Assembly: GCA_020350565.1 (NCBI GenBank)
Contig: CP070718.1
Coordinates: 2,683,061-2,733,471 of the forward strand
From: Phycisphaerales bacterium
Lineage (GTDB): Bacteria; Planctomycetota; Phycisphaerae; UBA1845
Direction of reading: 5' to 3'
Length of the DNA: 50,411 nt
Made by a program: the position numbers and the translations under genes
Part shown: positions 36,398 to 45,871 of the stretch, one piece after another
Layout: every line of letters begins with the position of its first letter
Position numbering within the stretch: the first letter of the stretch is position 1
Notes under the pieces: generated by a model
What the model saw: only the letters and a program-made list of their open reading frames with translations
Told to the model about the DNA's origin: nothing
The model's database searches: none

Positions 36398-36592
36398 ATG
36401 ATCACGGTAAGGCGATTGAACGACAGGACCGTGGTGGTGAACGCCGAGTTGATCAAGATGATCGAGTCCACGCCGGACACCCTCATCACGCTGATCAATG
36501 GCGATACGCTCATGGTCCGGGAATCGGTTGAGGAGGTTGTGGAGAAGGCCGTCGATTACGCCAGGAAAGTGCGTGGCTTCCAGGTTGTATAG
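36398..36592 (+). CDS. flbD: Flagellar protein FlbD
   Basis: MITVRRLNDRTVVVNAELIKMIESTPDTLITLINGDTLMVRESVEEV, 64 aa, between flgE and motA. Confidence 0.85.
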   Translation: MITVRRLNDRTVVVNAELIKMIESTPDTLITLINGDTLMVRESVEEVVEKAVDYARKVRGFQVV

Positions 36593-36698
36593 ATCACGGA
36601 GCCCCGCGCCGGAGTGCGTGAATCGTTGCGGCACAGTGAGGTTATAGGAACGCAGGACCGGGCGGCGATTCGTCTCAGGCGGGTCCGCGGGGGATGCC

Positions 36699-36727
36699 TT
36701 AACGAGGCTGAGGATCGTTGTCGATAT
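36699..36727 (+). promoter_or_regulatory. Weak candidate sigma28-type promoter upstream of motA
   Basis: TTAAC-N16-GTCGATAT versus the consensus TAAA-N15-GCCGATAA, in the 222 nt flbD-motA gap. Confidence 0.25.
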
Positions 36728-36814
36728 CTGCTTCGGAGTTCGCGCCGGTCAAGTGCAATGACGGAAGAGTTCTTATCGGGCCATGTGCTTGCCGCCGGTC
36801 AGCGACGTTGAATC

Positions 36815-37591
36815 ATGGACATTAGTACGCTCATCGGAATCATCGTCGGCTCGGCGCTTCTGCTCTGGGCAATCCTGACGAAATCGCCGCTGGAGCCGTT
36901 CATGGATGCCGGCTCGGTGGCAATCGTTCTCGGCGGAGCGTCCGCCGCCGTTCTGATCGGATTTCCGTTGAAACACATTCTCGGCGTCGGCAAGGTGTTG
37001 AGGAACTGCTTCTTCGCCAAGCCACAGGACCCTATGAAGATCATCCGAGAGATGGTCCGGTACGCCGAGATCGCGCGACGTGACGGAATTCTGGCATTGG
37101 AAAACGTGACGGCGGACATCAAGGACCCGTTCCTCGTGACCGGTATCCAAATGGCGGTGGACGGCAGTGATCCGGACCTCATCGAAGCCATTCTGGTGAG
37201 CGAGCTGGAGTCGATCGAGCAGCGTCATTCGGACGGCAAGGCCATCTTCGACAACATTGGGAAATACGCGCCGGCCTTCGGCATGATCGGCACGCTGATC
37301 GGTCTGATCATCATGCTCGGTAAAATGGACGATCCCAAGACGATTGGACCGGCGATGGCACTCGCCCTGTTGACGACGCTGTATGGAGCGGTGACGGCGA
37401 ACTTGATCGCCATGCCGATGGCCGACAAGCTCGCCGTCCGAAGCCGTGAAGAGATCTTTATCAAGATGATTATGATCAAAGGTGTGATGGCGATCCAATC
37501 GGGTGATAACCCGAGGATCGTCGAGCAGAAGCTCAAGACCTTCCTGCCGAACCGTATGCGTGACGCGGGTCAGGAAGCTCGAGCGGCCTGA
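36815..37591 (+). CDS. motA: Flagellar stator protein MotA
   Basis: MDISTLIGIIVGSALLLWAIL, four TM helices, and APAFGMIGTLIGLIIML...LLTTLYGAVTANLIAMP. Confidence 0.95.
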   Translation: MDISTLIGIIVGSALLLWAILTKSPLEPFMDAGSVAIVLGGASAAVLIGFPLKHILGVGKVLRNCFFAKPQDPMKIIREMVRYAEIARRDGILALENVTADIKDPFLVTGIQMAVDGSDPDLIEAILVSELESIEQRHSDGKAIFDNIGKYAPAFGMIGTLIGLIIMLGKMDDPKTIGPAMALALLTTLYGAVTANLIAMPMADKLAVRSREEIFIKMIMIKGVMAIQSGDNPRIVEQKLKTFLPNRMRDAGQEARAA

Positions 37592-37598
37592 GGAATGA

Positions 37599-38360
37599 AT
37601 GATGGCGCGGCGGAAGAAGGCGGCAGAGGCGGGTGCGCCGGCGTGGATGGTCACGTACGGTGACGCCATGACGCTGCTACTGTGCTTCTTCGTCATCATC
37701 GTGTCCATGAGTGAGATCAAGGAGGATCAGAAGTTCCTGGATGTGCTGGAGTCTCTACGGGTCACCTTTGGAGGCCATCCGGGTGCGATTCGGGCGCTGC
37801 CGAGTGACGAACTGCCGACGAACGCCCTGATCAAGCAGCTTAGGGAGATCATCCTCAAGCCGCACAAGGAAAAGAACAGCATGGCCGATGACGAGGGCGT
37901 TGAGGGAAAGAAGTTCCGAGTGACCGACGTCCGAGAGGGCCTGGAGGTTGTGATCGGGGGAAAAATATCGTTTGACCGGTTCAGCGCGTCCCTCAAGCCT
38001 GAGGCTCGCGAGTTGATCCGGCAGGTGGCAGCGGTGATTCGTGGTTACAACACAAAGATCCAGGTTCGTGGGCACGCCACGCGCGAGCCGTTGCCGGAGG
38101 ACGCCCTCTATGCCGATGCCCTTGATTTGTCCTTCGAACGTGCGAAGGCGGTCAAACGGGCCCTGGTCGAGGATGGTATCCGTCCCGAACGAATTGTGAT
38201 TATGCCGCTGAGCGACACGGAGCCGCTCGTGCGACAGGCGTACACGGAGGAGCGGCGAGCGCTGAACCGCCGCGTGGAAATCGTGGTTACGGAGAACCTG
38301 ATCGAGGAATACGCCGGCTCCTCGCTGGCGGACGAAGTGAAGGAAATCTCCGATGGCTGA
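37599..38360 (+). CDS. motB: Flagellar stator protein MotB (OmpA-like C-terminus)
   Basis: APAWMVTYGDAMTLLLCFFVIIV with the conserved Asp, and a C-terminal OmpA-like RALNRRVEIVV. Confidence 0.9.
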   Translation: MMARRKKAAEAGAPAWMVTYGDAMTLLLCFFVIIVSMSEIKEDQKFLDVLESLRVTFGGHPGAIRALPSDELPTNALIKQLREIILKPHKEKNSMADDEGVEGKKFRVTDVREGLEVVIGGKISFDRFSASLKPEARELIRQVAAVIRGYNTKIQVRGHATREPLPEDALYADALDLSFERAKAVKRALVEDGIRPERIVIMPLSDTEPLVRQAYTEERRALNRRVEIVVTENLIEEYAGSSLADEVKEISDG

Positions 38361-38901
38361 CCAACCAGCACTGGAAGTGGCGGAGTCGACATCCTCGCGC
38401 AAGCGGCCTCGGCGGCTGATCAGCGTTCTCATTGTCGCCGGGCTGATGATCGTCGAGGGCATCTTCCTGTTTTGCCTGCTCAACTGGATCTCTCCGCCAC
38501 CGCTGGAAGCGGTTGCGGGTGACGATCCGGCCGGCGGCACGAGCGAGGGATCCGGCCTGGATGAGAGGGGTCTGTCCTGGGGGGACGGGCTGGCCGAGGT
38601 CGATCTGACAAGCTGTACGCTGACGAACAGGAACGGGCCCAAGGCCTATACCGTCACCATCAGCGTATCAGTATTGGTGAGGGAGATGGATGAGGAGCGG
38701 ATCGGGAAACTGGCCGAGCGGATGAAATCTCGTATCAACGACCGGGTCAATTTCGTGGTGCGCAGCGCTGATCAGAAGTATCTCAACCAGCCAGGGCTGG
38801 AAACCATCAAGAGACACTTGCGAAACGAGCTGGAGAAGTGTTTCGGTGACGATCAGCTCATCGTCGAGGTTCTGGTCCCGGAGTTGATCCAGGCCGAATA
38901 G
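38353..38901 (+). CDS. fliL: Flagellar basal body-associated protein FliL
   Basis: Single TM (LISVLIVAGLMIVEGIFLFCLL) and a FliL-like C-domain (ISVSVLV...RINDRVNFVVRSAD...LRNELEKCFG). It overlaps the motB stop by 8 nt. Confidence 0.75.
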   Translation: MADQPALEVAESTSSRKRPRRLISVLIVAGLMIVEGIFLFCLLNWISPPPLEAVAGDDPAGGTSEGSGLDERGLSWGDGLAEVDLTSCTLTNRNGPKAYTVTISVSVLVREMDEERIGKLAERMKSRINDRVNFVVRSADQKYLNQPGLETIKRHLRNELEKCFGDDQLIVEVLVPELIQAE

Positions 38902-38976
38902 TCGTGTTTCGGTGCGGGGGATACCGAGCAAACACCGATAACAGAAGACAACGACACGGAAGAACGGATTTGACCT

Positions 38977-39606
38977 GTGGCTAACGATCCCAATTCCCAA
39001 TCTGAAGGTGACGCGTCCGTCGAAGGGGAGGCGTTCGAGCAGGTGGAGATCGACGCGCTCTCGAGTGGGGCGTTGGAAGATGCTCCCGTCCTCGAGCAAT
39101 CCTCCGCGGGCGACGCAGCGACTGCGCCGCAGGATGTGACGGCCTCAGTCGTAGAAGAAGCTCCTTCCACGTCGGGGCCCGTCGTGCAGGAGGACGTCGA
39201 CGCAAAGATTGCGGCTGCCCAATCGACACAGGAAGCCGGAACTCAAGAGGACTCGAATACTGCCGCCGCGAGGGTTCCGCCCGCCCAGGCTGAGGCGAGG
39301 CCGTTTGCACCTCGGGAACTTGGCGTGGCGGGGCTTCCCGAGGTTGAGCCGAGCAAAGTGTCGATCCTCAGCGACGTCAAGTTGAAGGTGAAAATCGAGC
39401 TGGGGCGAACCAGCATGCTGGTGGAGGACGTGCTCGAATTAGGGGAGGGGAGCGTGGTGGAACTTGACAAACTGGCGGGCGACCCCGTGGAAGTCTACGC
39501 CAATGAACGACTCGTGGCACGCGGCGAGGTTCTGATCCTCAACGACAATTTCTGCGTGCGGATCAGTGAGGTGGTGTCCAACGATCCGCATCGTGTGACG
39601 ACCTAA
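38977..39606 (+). CDS. fliN: FliN-type switch protein with an N-terminal EIDAL (FliM/FliY-like CheY-binding) motif and an acidic linker
   Basis: C-terminal SpoA domain [73 protein letters not shown]-terminus [16 protein letters not shown] start. Confidence 0.85.
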   Translation: MANDPNSQSEGDASVEGEAFEQVEIDALSSGALEDAPVLEQSSAGDAATAPQDVTASVVEEAPSTSGPVVQEDVDAKIAAAQSTQEAGTQEDSNTAAARVPPAQAEARPFAPRELGVAGLPEVEPSKVSILSDVKLKVKIELGRTSMLVEDVLELGEGSVVELDKLAGDPVEVYANERLVARGEVLILNDNFCVRISEVVSNDPHRVTT

Positions 39607-39607
39607 G

Positions 39608-40462
39608 GTGTTGGACCTCGTCGGACGGGCATGGATGCTACACGTGCGGCGAACGGCGTTGATCATTACGACGATAGGCCTACTCCTCATCGCTTCGCCT
39701 GCGCGCGCGGAGACAGACACCGACGAAGGCGCGCGGCCCGATCCGGGCGCGCGGTTCGCCTCCAACCAGGCGATCTCCCTGGGTATGGATCAAGAGACCA
39801 CCGGTGCGACGAGGCAGCAAGCTTCACACGCGATTGATTCTGAAGAATCGGGGGATGGAGCCAATCCGGACCTTGAGGTAGCCGGCGCGGATACGCTGCA
39901 TCGAGAGAACCCGGCTCAGAGCCGATTCGTAACTCCTCGGCGCAGTCAACGTGAATCGGTGACACAACTCTCCGATTCGCCGAGGCCCTGGTATCGCGTT
40001 GGGCTGGTGCCCCTTGTGATCGTCCTGCTGGTCGTCGGTGCCCTGTTCTTAGTGGTGCGCCAGTGGGCGCCCTCCGTTCGTTCGACCGGTGGCGATGTCT
40101 TGCGCATTGTCGCTCGAACGGCGGTCGGCCCGAGGCAGAGTGTGCTGCTGGTGCGAGTGGGGCGGAGATTCGTCTTGCTCGGCGCGACGCCTGATCGAAT
40201 CGAAGCGCTGGGGGCGATCGATGATCCGGACGAAGTGGCCGACCTGGTGATCCGGACACAAGGAGGAACGACTTCGGGAAGGAGCGATCGTTTTTCTCAG
40301 CTTCTCCTGACAGAGACAGAGGGCTTCAAGGAGCCGGAGGCACTCTCGGAACCCTTGGAGGCGGGTGCGCGAAGCTGGCCCGTGGTCTCGGAGCGGGTTT
40401 CGGGAGCGTCACGACAGATATCGAGCCTGCTCGGCAAGTTGAAGAAGCTGCGGGTAGGCTGA
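39608..40462 (+). CDS. fliO: FliO-like flagellar export protein with long N- and C-terminal extensions
   Basis: TM LVPLVIVLLVVGALFLVV followed by LRIVARTAVGPRQSVLLVRVGRRFVLLGATPDRIEALGAI, in the position between fliN and fliP. ATG 39635 would give the signal-like MLHVRRTALIITTIGLLLIASPARA. Confidence 0.65.
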   Translation: MLDLVGRAWMLHVRRTALIITTIGLLLIASPARAETDTDEGARPDPGARFASNQAISLGMDQETTGATRQQASHAIDSEESGDGANPDLEVAGADTLHRENPAQSRFVTPRRSQRESVTQLSDSPRPWYRVGLVPLVIVLLVVGALFLVVRQWAPSVRSTGGDVLRIVARTAVGPRQSVLLVRVGRRFVLLGATPDRIEALGAIDDPDEVADLVIRTQGGTTSGRSDRFSQLLLTETEGFKEPEALSEPLEAGARSWPVVSERVSGASRQISSLLGKLKKLRVG

Positions 40463-40513
40463 CAACCGCCTTGCCCACGTGGCAAGGTGTAGTCGTGCGC
40501 GTTGGAGCTGCGC

Positions 40514-41386
40514 ATGAACGGGGAGCATGGAGGCTCGATTCGGTGCCGCACCCTTGCGGTCGCCGTTGCGATGCTCGTGGCATCTGCGGCCACGGTCCGC
40601 GCGCAATCTCCCTCTTACCCACCGACGCTGCCCGACGAAGCCATGGCCGTGGCGGGTGGCCCGGCCGCGTCCGGCACCGAACTGACCATACCTGACGTCA
40701 GCAGGATCATTCCGCCAGCGACGGACCCGAAAGGCGTCAGCGCCACGCTTCAGATCCTCGTCCTGCTCACCGTATTGACGTTGGTGCCGTCGATCCTGGT
40801 GATGACGACGTCGTTTCCCCGCGTCCTTATCGTCCTGGCTTTGCTGCGGCAGGCCGTCGGCACCCAGCAGCTTCCGCCGGGACAGGTGCTTCTGGCGCTT
40901 TCGCTTTTTGTGACGGCGTTGGTCATGGCGCCGACGTGGCACAAGATACATGCCGAAGCGGCCGAACCCTATTTCAACAATGAGATCAGCCAAGAGGAAG
41001 CGTTCGACATCGCCCTGGGGCATATGAAGGACTTCATGTACCGCCAGATTGAGCAGGCGGACAACCAGGAGGACGTTTACCTGTTCCTCGAGTACGCCGA
41101 GGATCGGAAGATCCCTCTCGAGGAGCAGATTCAGGTGGCGGACGTGCCCATGACCGTCATGGTGCCGGCCTTCATGATCAGCGAATTGAAAACGGCCTTC
41201 ATCATGGGTTTCCGAATCTATCTGCCGTTTCTGGTCATCGACATGGTCATTGCGACCATCCTGATTTCGATGGGCATGATGATGCTGCCGCCGGTGCTGA
41301 TCTCACTGCCATTCAAAATCCTCTTGTTCGTCCTGGCGGATGGATGGCATCTGGTAGTGGAGTCGCTGCTATACAGTTTCGCATGA
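40514..41386 (+). CDS. fliP: Flagellar export apparatus protein FliP
   Basis: Signal peptide, then MTTSFPRVLIVLALLRQAVGTQQLPPGQVL...FMISELKTAFIMGFRIYLPFLVIDMVIA. The track start TTG 40502 is also possible. Confidence 0.95.
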   Translation: MNGEHGGSIRCRTLAVAVAMLVASAATVRAQSPSYPPTLPDEAMAVAGGPAASGTELTIPDVSRIIPPATDPKGVSATLQILVLLTVLTLVPSILVMTTSFPRVLIVLALLRQAVGTQQLPPGQVLLALSLFVTALVMAPTWHKIHAEAAEPYFNNEISQEEAFDIALGHMKDFMYRQIEQADNQEDVYLFLEYAEDRKIPLEEQIQVADVPMTVMVPAFMISELKTAFIMGFRIYLPFLVIDMVIATILISMGMMMLPPVLISLPFKILLFVLADGWHLVVESLLYSFA

Positions 41387-41391
41387 TGACA

Positions 41392-41426
41392 GAATGCAGA
41401 ATGTCGAATAGCGAATAACGAATGAA
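41392..41426. repeat. Five tandem heptamers GAATNNN in the fliP-fliQ spacer
   Basis: GAATGCA GAATGTC GAATAGC GAATAAC GAATGAA, with GAAT at 41392, 41399, 41406, 41413 and 41420. This is an AT-rich island in a GC-rich operon. Confidence 0.9.
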
Positions 41427-41472
41427 GAGTGACAGTACTGGAAACGGGTAACGGGAAAGGGGGTGGTTTGGG

Positions 41473-41733
41473 ATGGAGTTTCTGGAGGCCCTGCAACTCG
41501 GCCGTGACGCCTTCTGGATGGCACTGTCAACGTCGGCGCCGATTCTGGTGATCGGGCTGACGGTGGGGTTGGTGATCTCGATGTTCCAGGCAGTGACGCA
41601 GCTTCAGGAACAGACGCTTACGTTCGTGCCGAAGATTCTGGCCATGGTGGTTGCGGCCTCGATCTTCATCCCGTGGATCGCCAACCGGATGATTGCCTAC
41701 ACGCAGGAGATGTTCGGCTCTTTCCAGCCTTGA
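41473..41733 (+). CDS. fliQ: Flagellar export apparatus protein FliQ
   Basis: 86 aa, two TM helices, GLTVGLVISMFQAVTQLQEQTLTFVPKI. Confidence 0.95.
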   Translation: MEFLEALQLGRDAFWMALSTSAPILVIGLTVGLVISMFQAVTQLQEQTLTFVPKILAMVVAASIFIPWIANRMIAYTQEMFGSFQP

Positions 41734-41826
41734 TGTAGTGGCCGGCACAGGAGGCTTGGGATCCTTCTGCGTCATCGTGGAGATGAGAAGCGAAGCGAGC
41801 TGGAGTCCGTTTTACGAGAGGCGCCG

Positions 41827-42615
41827 GTGCCCTGGGGGATCTTTGACACGTTGTTGGCCCTTCCGGTGTTCGCCCTGGTTCTGTTTCGAATCGGGGGACT
41901 GGTGATGACCGCGCCGGTTTTCGGCAGCGCGCTGATGCCGGTCCGGATTCGGGTCGCGCTGACCGTGGCGCTGGCCGCCATGATCTTCCCGATGGTCTCC
42001 GGACAGGGGCCCTCGGAGGTGACGCTTTCGATGGCTTTGGTCGGTGGGCTGGGCGAAGTGATGGTAGGGGCGACGATCGGGCTGGCGCTGGCGACGCTGT
42101 TCTCCGGCGTGGAGGTGGGCGGCCTGATGGTGGCTCAGCAGGCCGGCATCGCCCTTGGCCAGGTGTTCAACCCCGTGCAGAACCGCGAGACCAACCTGGT
42201 GGGCCAGGTCTACACGATCGTGCTCATCGTGCTGTTCCTGATGGCCGGGGGGCATCGCGAAATGATCGCAGCCCTGCTGGACACGTTCAAAGTGATTCCG
42301 ATGCTGTCCTTCCGGTTTGATGAGTCGCTGGTGCTGCTGATGGCCCAGATGCTGGCGAGTGCGTTCATCCTCGCGATTCGGCTGGCCGGGCCTGTGGTCA
42401 TTGCGCTTTTTCTGACGTCTCTGTGCATGGGTTTCCTATCTCGGACGATGCCGCAGCTCAACATTCTGTCGATCGGTTTTCCACTGCGGATTCTGGTAGG
42501 CCTGTCGGTAGCGACGTTGGCGATCGTCGCCATGCAGGACGTCCTTTTGGAAGCCGTATGGAACGGTCTGGATGAGATTCGTGCGACGTTCGGCCTCGAC
42601 GCGGCCGGCGCTTGA
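41827..42615 (+). CDS. fliR: Flagellar export apparatus protein FliR
   Basis: 262 aa polytopic protein with FALVLFRIGGLVMTAPVFG and conserved position. GTG start. Confidence 0.9.
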   Translation: MPWGIFDTLLALPVFALVLFRIGGLVMTAPVFGSALMPVRIRVALTVALAAMIFPMVSGQGPSEVTLSMALVGGLGEVMVGATIGLALATLFSGVEVGGLMVAQQAGIALGQVFNPVQNRETNLVGQVYTIVLIVLFLMAGGHREMIAALLDTFKVIPMLSFRFDESLVLLMAQMLASAFILAIRLAGPVVIALFLTSLCMGFLSRTMPQLNILSIGFPLRILVGLSVATLAIVAMQDVLLEAVWNGLDEIRATFGLDAAGA

Positions 42616-42627
42616 GAGTGATGCGTC

Positions 42628-43713
42628 ATGCCTGCTGATCAGGACTCGAGAACCGAAGAGCCGACGCCGCGACGACGGAATGAGGCCCGCAGAAAGGGGC
42701 AGGTTGCCCGCAGCCAGGACCTTAGCGCCGCAGTCATGCTCTTCGCCGGGTTTATGGCACTGGAGTTTCTGGGGCCACGCGTCTGGTTGACCATGATGGC
42801 GGTCACCCGGTCGGCTCTGAGCATTGATGGAAACGTCGCGAGCCGCGATCTGATGACTTTCTCGGCCGCCATGGCCCTGGAGGTCATGAAGGTCATTGTG
42901 CCCATCATGCTGATCGTGGCGGCGGCCGGAATCGTGATCCTTTTCGCGCAGGTGGGCTGGCTGCTGACGGTGGAGCCGCTCAAGCCGAGCCTGAGCAAGA
43001 TCAACCCGCTCAAGGGCATTCAGCGTCTGTTCTCGTTTCGCTCGGTGGCAACGGCGCTAGTGAACATGGGGAAGCTGCTGCTGGTGGTCCTGGTGGCCTA
43101 CCTGACGATGTCCGGCTGTGCGACGGAGATCATCTATGCGTTCACGCTGGGCTTCAGTGACGTGTTGAAGCTCGGGGCGTCGCTTGCATCGAAGCTGGGC
43201 GTACGGGTCTCGGCGGTCTTGCTGGTCATGGCGCTGCTTGATTTCGCGTATCAGCGATACAGCCATCAACGCGACCTCAAAATGACCAAAGAGGAGGTCA
43301 AGGACGAGCTGCGCAGCATGGAAGGTGATCCGGTGGTCAAGCGACGCCGCCGAGAAGTGCAGTTCCAGCTCGCTATGCAGCGTCTGAAAAAAGAGGTGCC
43401 GCAGGCTGATGTGGTGGTGACGAACCCCACGCATCTGGCGATCGCGATACGCTACGAGGTGGAGACGATGCCGGCGCCCAAAGTGGTTGCCCGGGGCGCT
43501 GACTACATGGCCCTGCGCATCCGGCAGCTCGCCGAGGAGCACGGCATTCCGATTGTCGAGCGGAAGGCGTTGGCCCGGGCCATGTATGAGGCCGTCGAGG
43601 TCGGCGACTACATCCCCGAGCGGTTCTACAAGGCCGTCGCGGAGATTCTTGCCTATGTGTATGAGCTGTCGGGCAGGACGATAGGAGCGAGGGCCGCGGC
43701 GGGTCTGGCATGA
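42628..43713 (+). CDS. flhB: Flagellar export switch protein FlhB
   Basis: EEPTPRRRNEARRKGQVARSQDL N-terminus and the NPTH autocleavage site (VVTNPTHLAIAIRY). Confidence 0.95.
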   Translation: MPADQDSRTEEPTPRRRNEARRKGQVARSQDLSAAVMLFAGFMALEFLGPRVWLTMMAVTRSALSIDGNVASRDLMTFSAAMALEVMKVIVPIMLIVAAAGIVILFAQVGWLLTVEPLKPSLSKINPLKGIQRLFSFRSVATALVNMGKLLLVVLVAYLTMSGCATEIIYAFTLGFSDVLKLGASLASKLGVRVSAVLLVMALLDFAYQRYSHQRDLKMTKEEVKDELRSMEGDPVVKRRRREVQFQLAMQRLKKEVPQADVVVTNPTHLAIAIRYEVETMPAPKVVARGADYMALRIRQLAEEHGIPIVERKALARAMYEAVEVGDYIPERFYKAVAEILAYVYELSGRTIGARAAAGLA

Positions 43714-43789
43714 GTTTCTCCGAGAGTTGTGCGTCCGGCATGAGCCTGCCCCTTGCTGATTAACGGACAAAGGAAACCGGTAGCCCACG

Positions 43790-45871
43790 ATGTCAGTAGC
43801 GAACAGATTGGCGAGCGTGAAAGTGCCCGAGCGGATTGGCAGGCACTATGGCCTGCTGCTGCCGGTGTCCACGATGTCGCTCATTCTGGTCATTCTGATC
43901 CCGTTGCCCACGCCGGTGATGGATTTTCTGCTGCTGACCAACATCACATTGTCAGGCGTTGTCCTGCTGACGGTGATGTATATCGAAGGACCTCTTGCGT
44001 TTTCATCCTTCCCTTCGTTGCTTTTGGGTCTGACGCTCTTCAGGCTTGTTCTGAACACGGCCACCACGAGGCTCATTCTGACGAACGGCGACGCCGGCAT
44101 CGTGATCCGGACGTTCGGTTCCTTCGTCGCGAGTGGCTCGCTCGTGGTAGCGGTGATCATCTTCGCGATCATTGTGGTGATTCAGTTCGTGGTCATCACG
44201 AAGGGTGCGACGCGGATTGCCGAGGTGGCCGCCCGGTTCACCTTGGACGGTATGCCGGGCAAGCAGATGGCTGTGGACGCGGATCTCAACGCCGGAAGCA
44301 TTACGGAGGAGGAAGCCAAGCAGCGCCGCGCCCAAATTACGCGCGAGTCAGACTTCTACGGAGCAATGGATGGTGCCAGCAAGTTTGTGCGCGGCGACGC
44401 CATCGCGGGCATCATCATCACGCTGATCAACATTATCGGGGGCATTTTCGTCGGACTGATTCAGTTGAATCTCCCTCTGGCCGAGACGTTGAAGCGCTTC
44501 ACGATTCTCACCATTGGTGACGGCCTCGTGTCACAGATCCCGGCGTTTGTCGTTTCGGTGGCTGCGGCCATGATCGTGACGCGGACGGCGGAGAAGAAGT
44601 CGCTGGGCGACGAGGTTATCGATCAGCTTACCGGTCAGCCGATCGCTCTGGCGCTGACGGCCCTTTTCCTGGGCGTGCTGGCGTTGACGCCACTGCCGAA
44701 GGTGCCTTTGTTCTTCCTGGGTGTCTCGCTCATTGCCATTGCGTACCTGCTCAGTCAGGCCAGGACCCAGAAAGCAACGGCTCAAAAGCAGGCGGCGCGG
44801 GCGAAGGCCGCGTCACCACCCATCGAGACCTGCCTGATGCCGGATCCTATGGAGCTGGACGTGGGCTACGGCATGATCAAGCTCGTCGACCGTAAGCAGG
44901 GTGGTGATTTGCTGGAACGGATCACCAACATGCGCCGGCAGATAGCCAAGGAGATCGGGATCGTGGTGCCGCCGATCCGCATCCGCGACGACATCAACCT
45001 CGAGCCCAATCGGTTCGTGGCAAAAATCAAAGGTATTCAGGTCGGGGCGGGCGAGGCGCTGCCCGAGCATCTCCTGGCCATCAACGCCGGGGCGGCTACG
45101 GAAAAAATCTCCGGCATCGAGACCAAGGAGCCCGCTTTCGGGCTGCCCGCGGTCTGGATTGAGGAGGAGCAGCGTCATGAAGCGGAGCATCGAAACTACA
45201 CCGTAGTCGAATGCTCCAGCGTCGTCAGCACTTATCTGACCGAAGTCATCAAGCAGCATGCCGACGAGCTGCTCACTCGGCAAGAGGTCAACCGTTTGCT
45301 GGACAATCTGCGCGAGAAGGCACCGAAGCTTGTCGAGGAGGTTGTGCCGGATGTCTTGAAGCCCGGTGAAATCCAGACCGTTCTGCAAGCCCTTTTACGT
45401 GAGCGCGTACCGATTCGTGATCTTGAATCGATTCTCGAGACGATCGGCAACTGGGCGGCTCGGACGAAGGACGCGGAGATCCTGACCGAGTACGCGCGCA
45501 ACGCGCTGGCCCGAACACTATGCCAACTGAACAAAGCGGATGACGGCAAGATTCATTGCATCACGCTCGACCCAAGCGTCGAGGAAATGATGAGCAAGAG
45601 CATCGAGCGGACCGAACACGGGTCCGTGCTGGTCATGCCGCCTGAACTGCAGGGCCGAGTTGTCGAGGCCATGCGCAGAAAGGTGGAAGAAGTGATCCCC
45701 ACCAACAAAGGTCGGCCGCCGGCCGTCCTCTGCCCGCCGCAGATTAGGATTTGGGTTCGGAAATTGATCGAGGCGGCCCTGCCGACGGTTCCGGTACTGT
45801 CGTACAACGAGATCGTTCGATCCTTCCAGGTTGAGTCTCATGGGATGGTGGTATTGACGGATGAAGGTTAA
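43790..45871 (+). CDS. flhA: Flagellar export gate protein FlhA
   Basis: 693 aa with FTLDGMPGKQMAVDADLNAG, GAMDGASKFVRGDAIAGIII, and the cytoplasmic C-domain. Confidence 0.95.
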   Translation: MSVANRLASVKVPERIGRHYGLLLPVSTMSLILVILIPLPTPVMDFLLLTNITLSGVVLLTVMYIEGPLAFSSFPSLLLGLTLFRLVLNTATTRLILTNGDAGIVIRTFGSFVASGSLVVAVIIFAIIVVIQFVVITKGATRIAEVAARFTLDGMPGKQMAVDADLNAGSITEEEAKQRRAQITRESDFYGAMDGASKFVRGDAIAGIIITLINIIGGIFVGLIQLNLPLAETLKRFTILTIGDGLVSQIPAFVVSVAAAMIVTRTAEKKSLGDEVIDQLTGQPIALALTALFLGVLALTPLPKVPLFFLGVSLIAIAYLLSQARTQKATAQKQAARAKAASPPIETCLMPDPMELDVGYGMIKLVDRKQGGDLLERITNMRRQIAKEIGIVVPPIRIRDDINLEPNRFVAKIKGIQVGAGEALPEHLLAINAGAATEKISGIETKEPAFGLPAVWIEEEQRHEAEHRNYTVVECSSVVSTYLTEVIKQHADELLTRQEVNRLLDNLREKAPKLVEEVVPDVLKPGEIQTVLQALLRERVPIRDLESILETIGNWAARTKDAEILTEYARNALARTLCQLNKADDGKIHCITLDPSVEEMMSKSIERTEHGSVLVMPPELQGRVVEAMRRKVEEVIPTNKGRPPAVLCPPQIRIWVRKLIEAALPTVPVLSYNEIVRSFQVESHGMVVLTDEG

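Noticed and set aside
38931-38938. ACCGATAA (before fliN) and ACCGATAC (49606-49613) as sigma28 -10 elements
   Set aside because: No TAAA-like -35 lies at the proper distance in either case, so only the motA-upstream candidate was retained as a weak feature.
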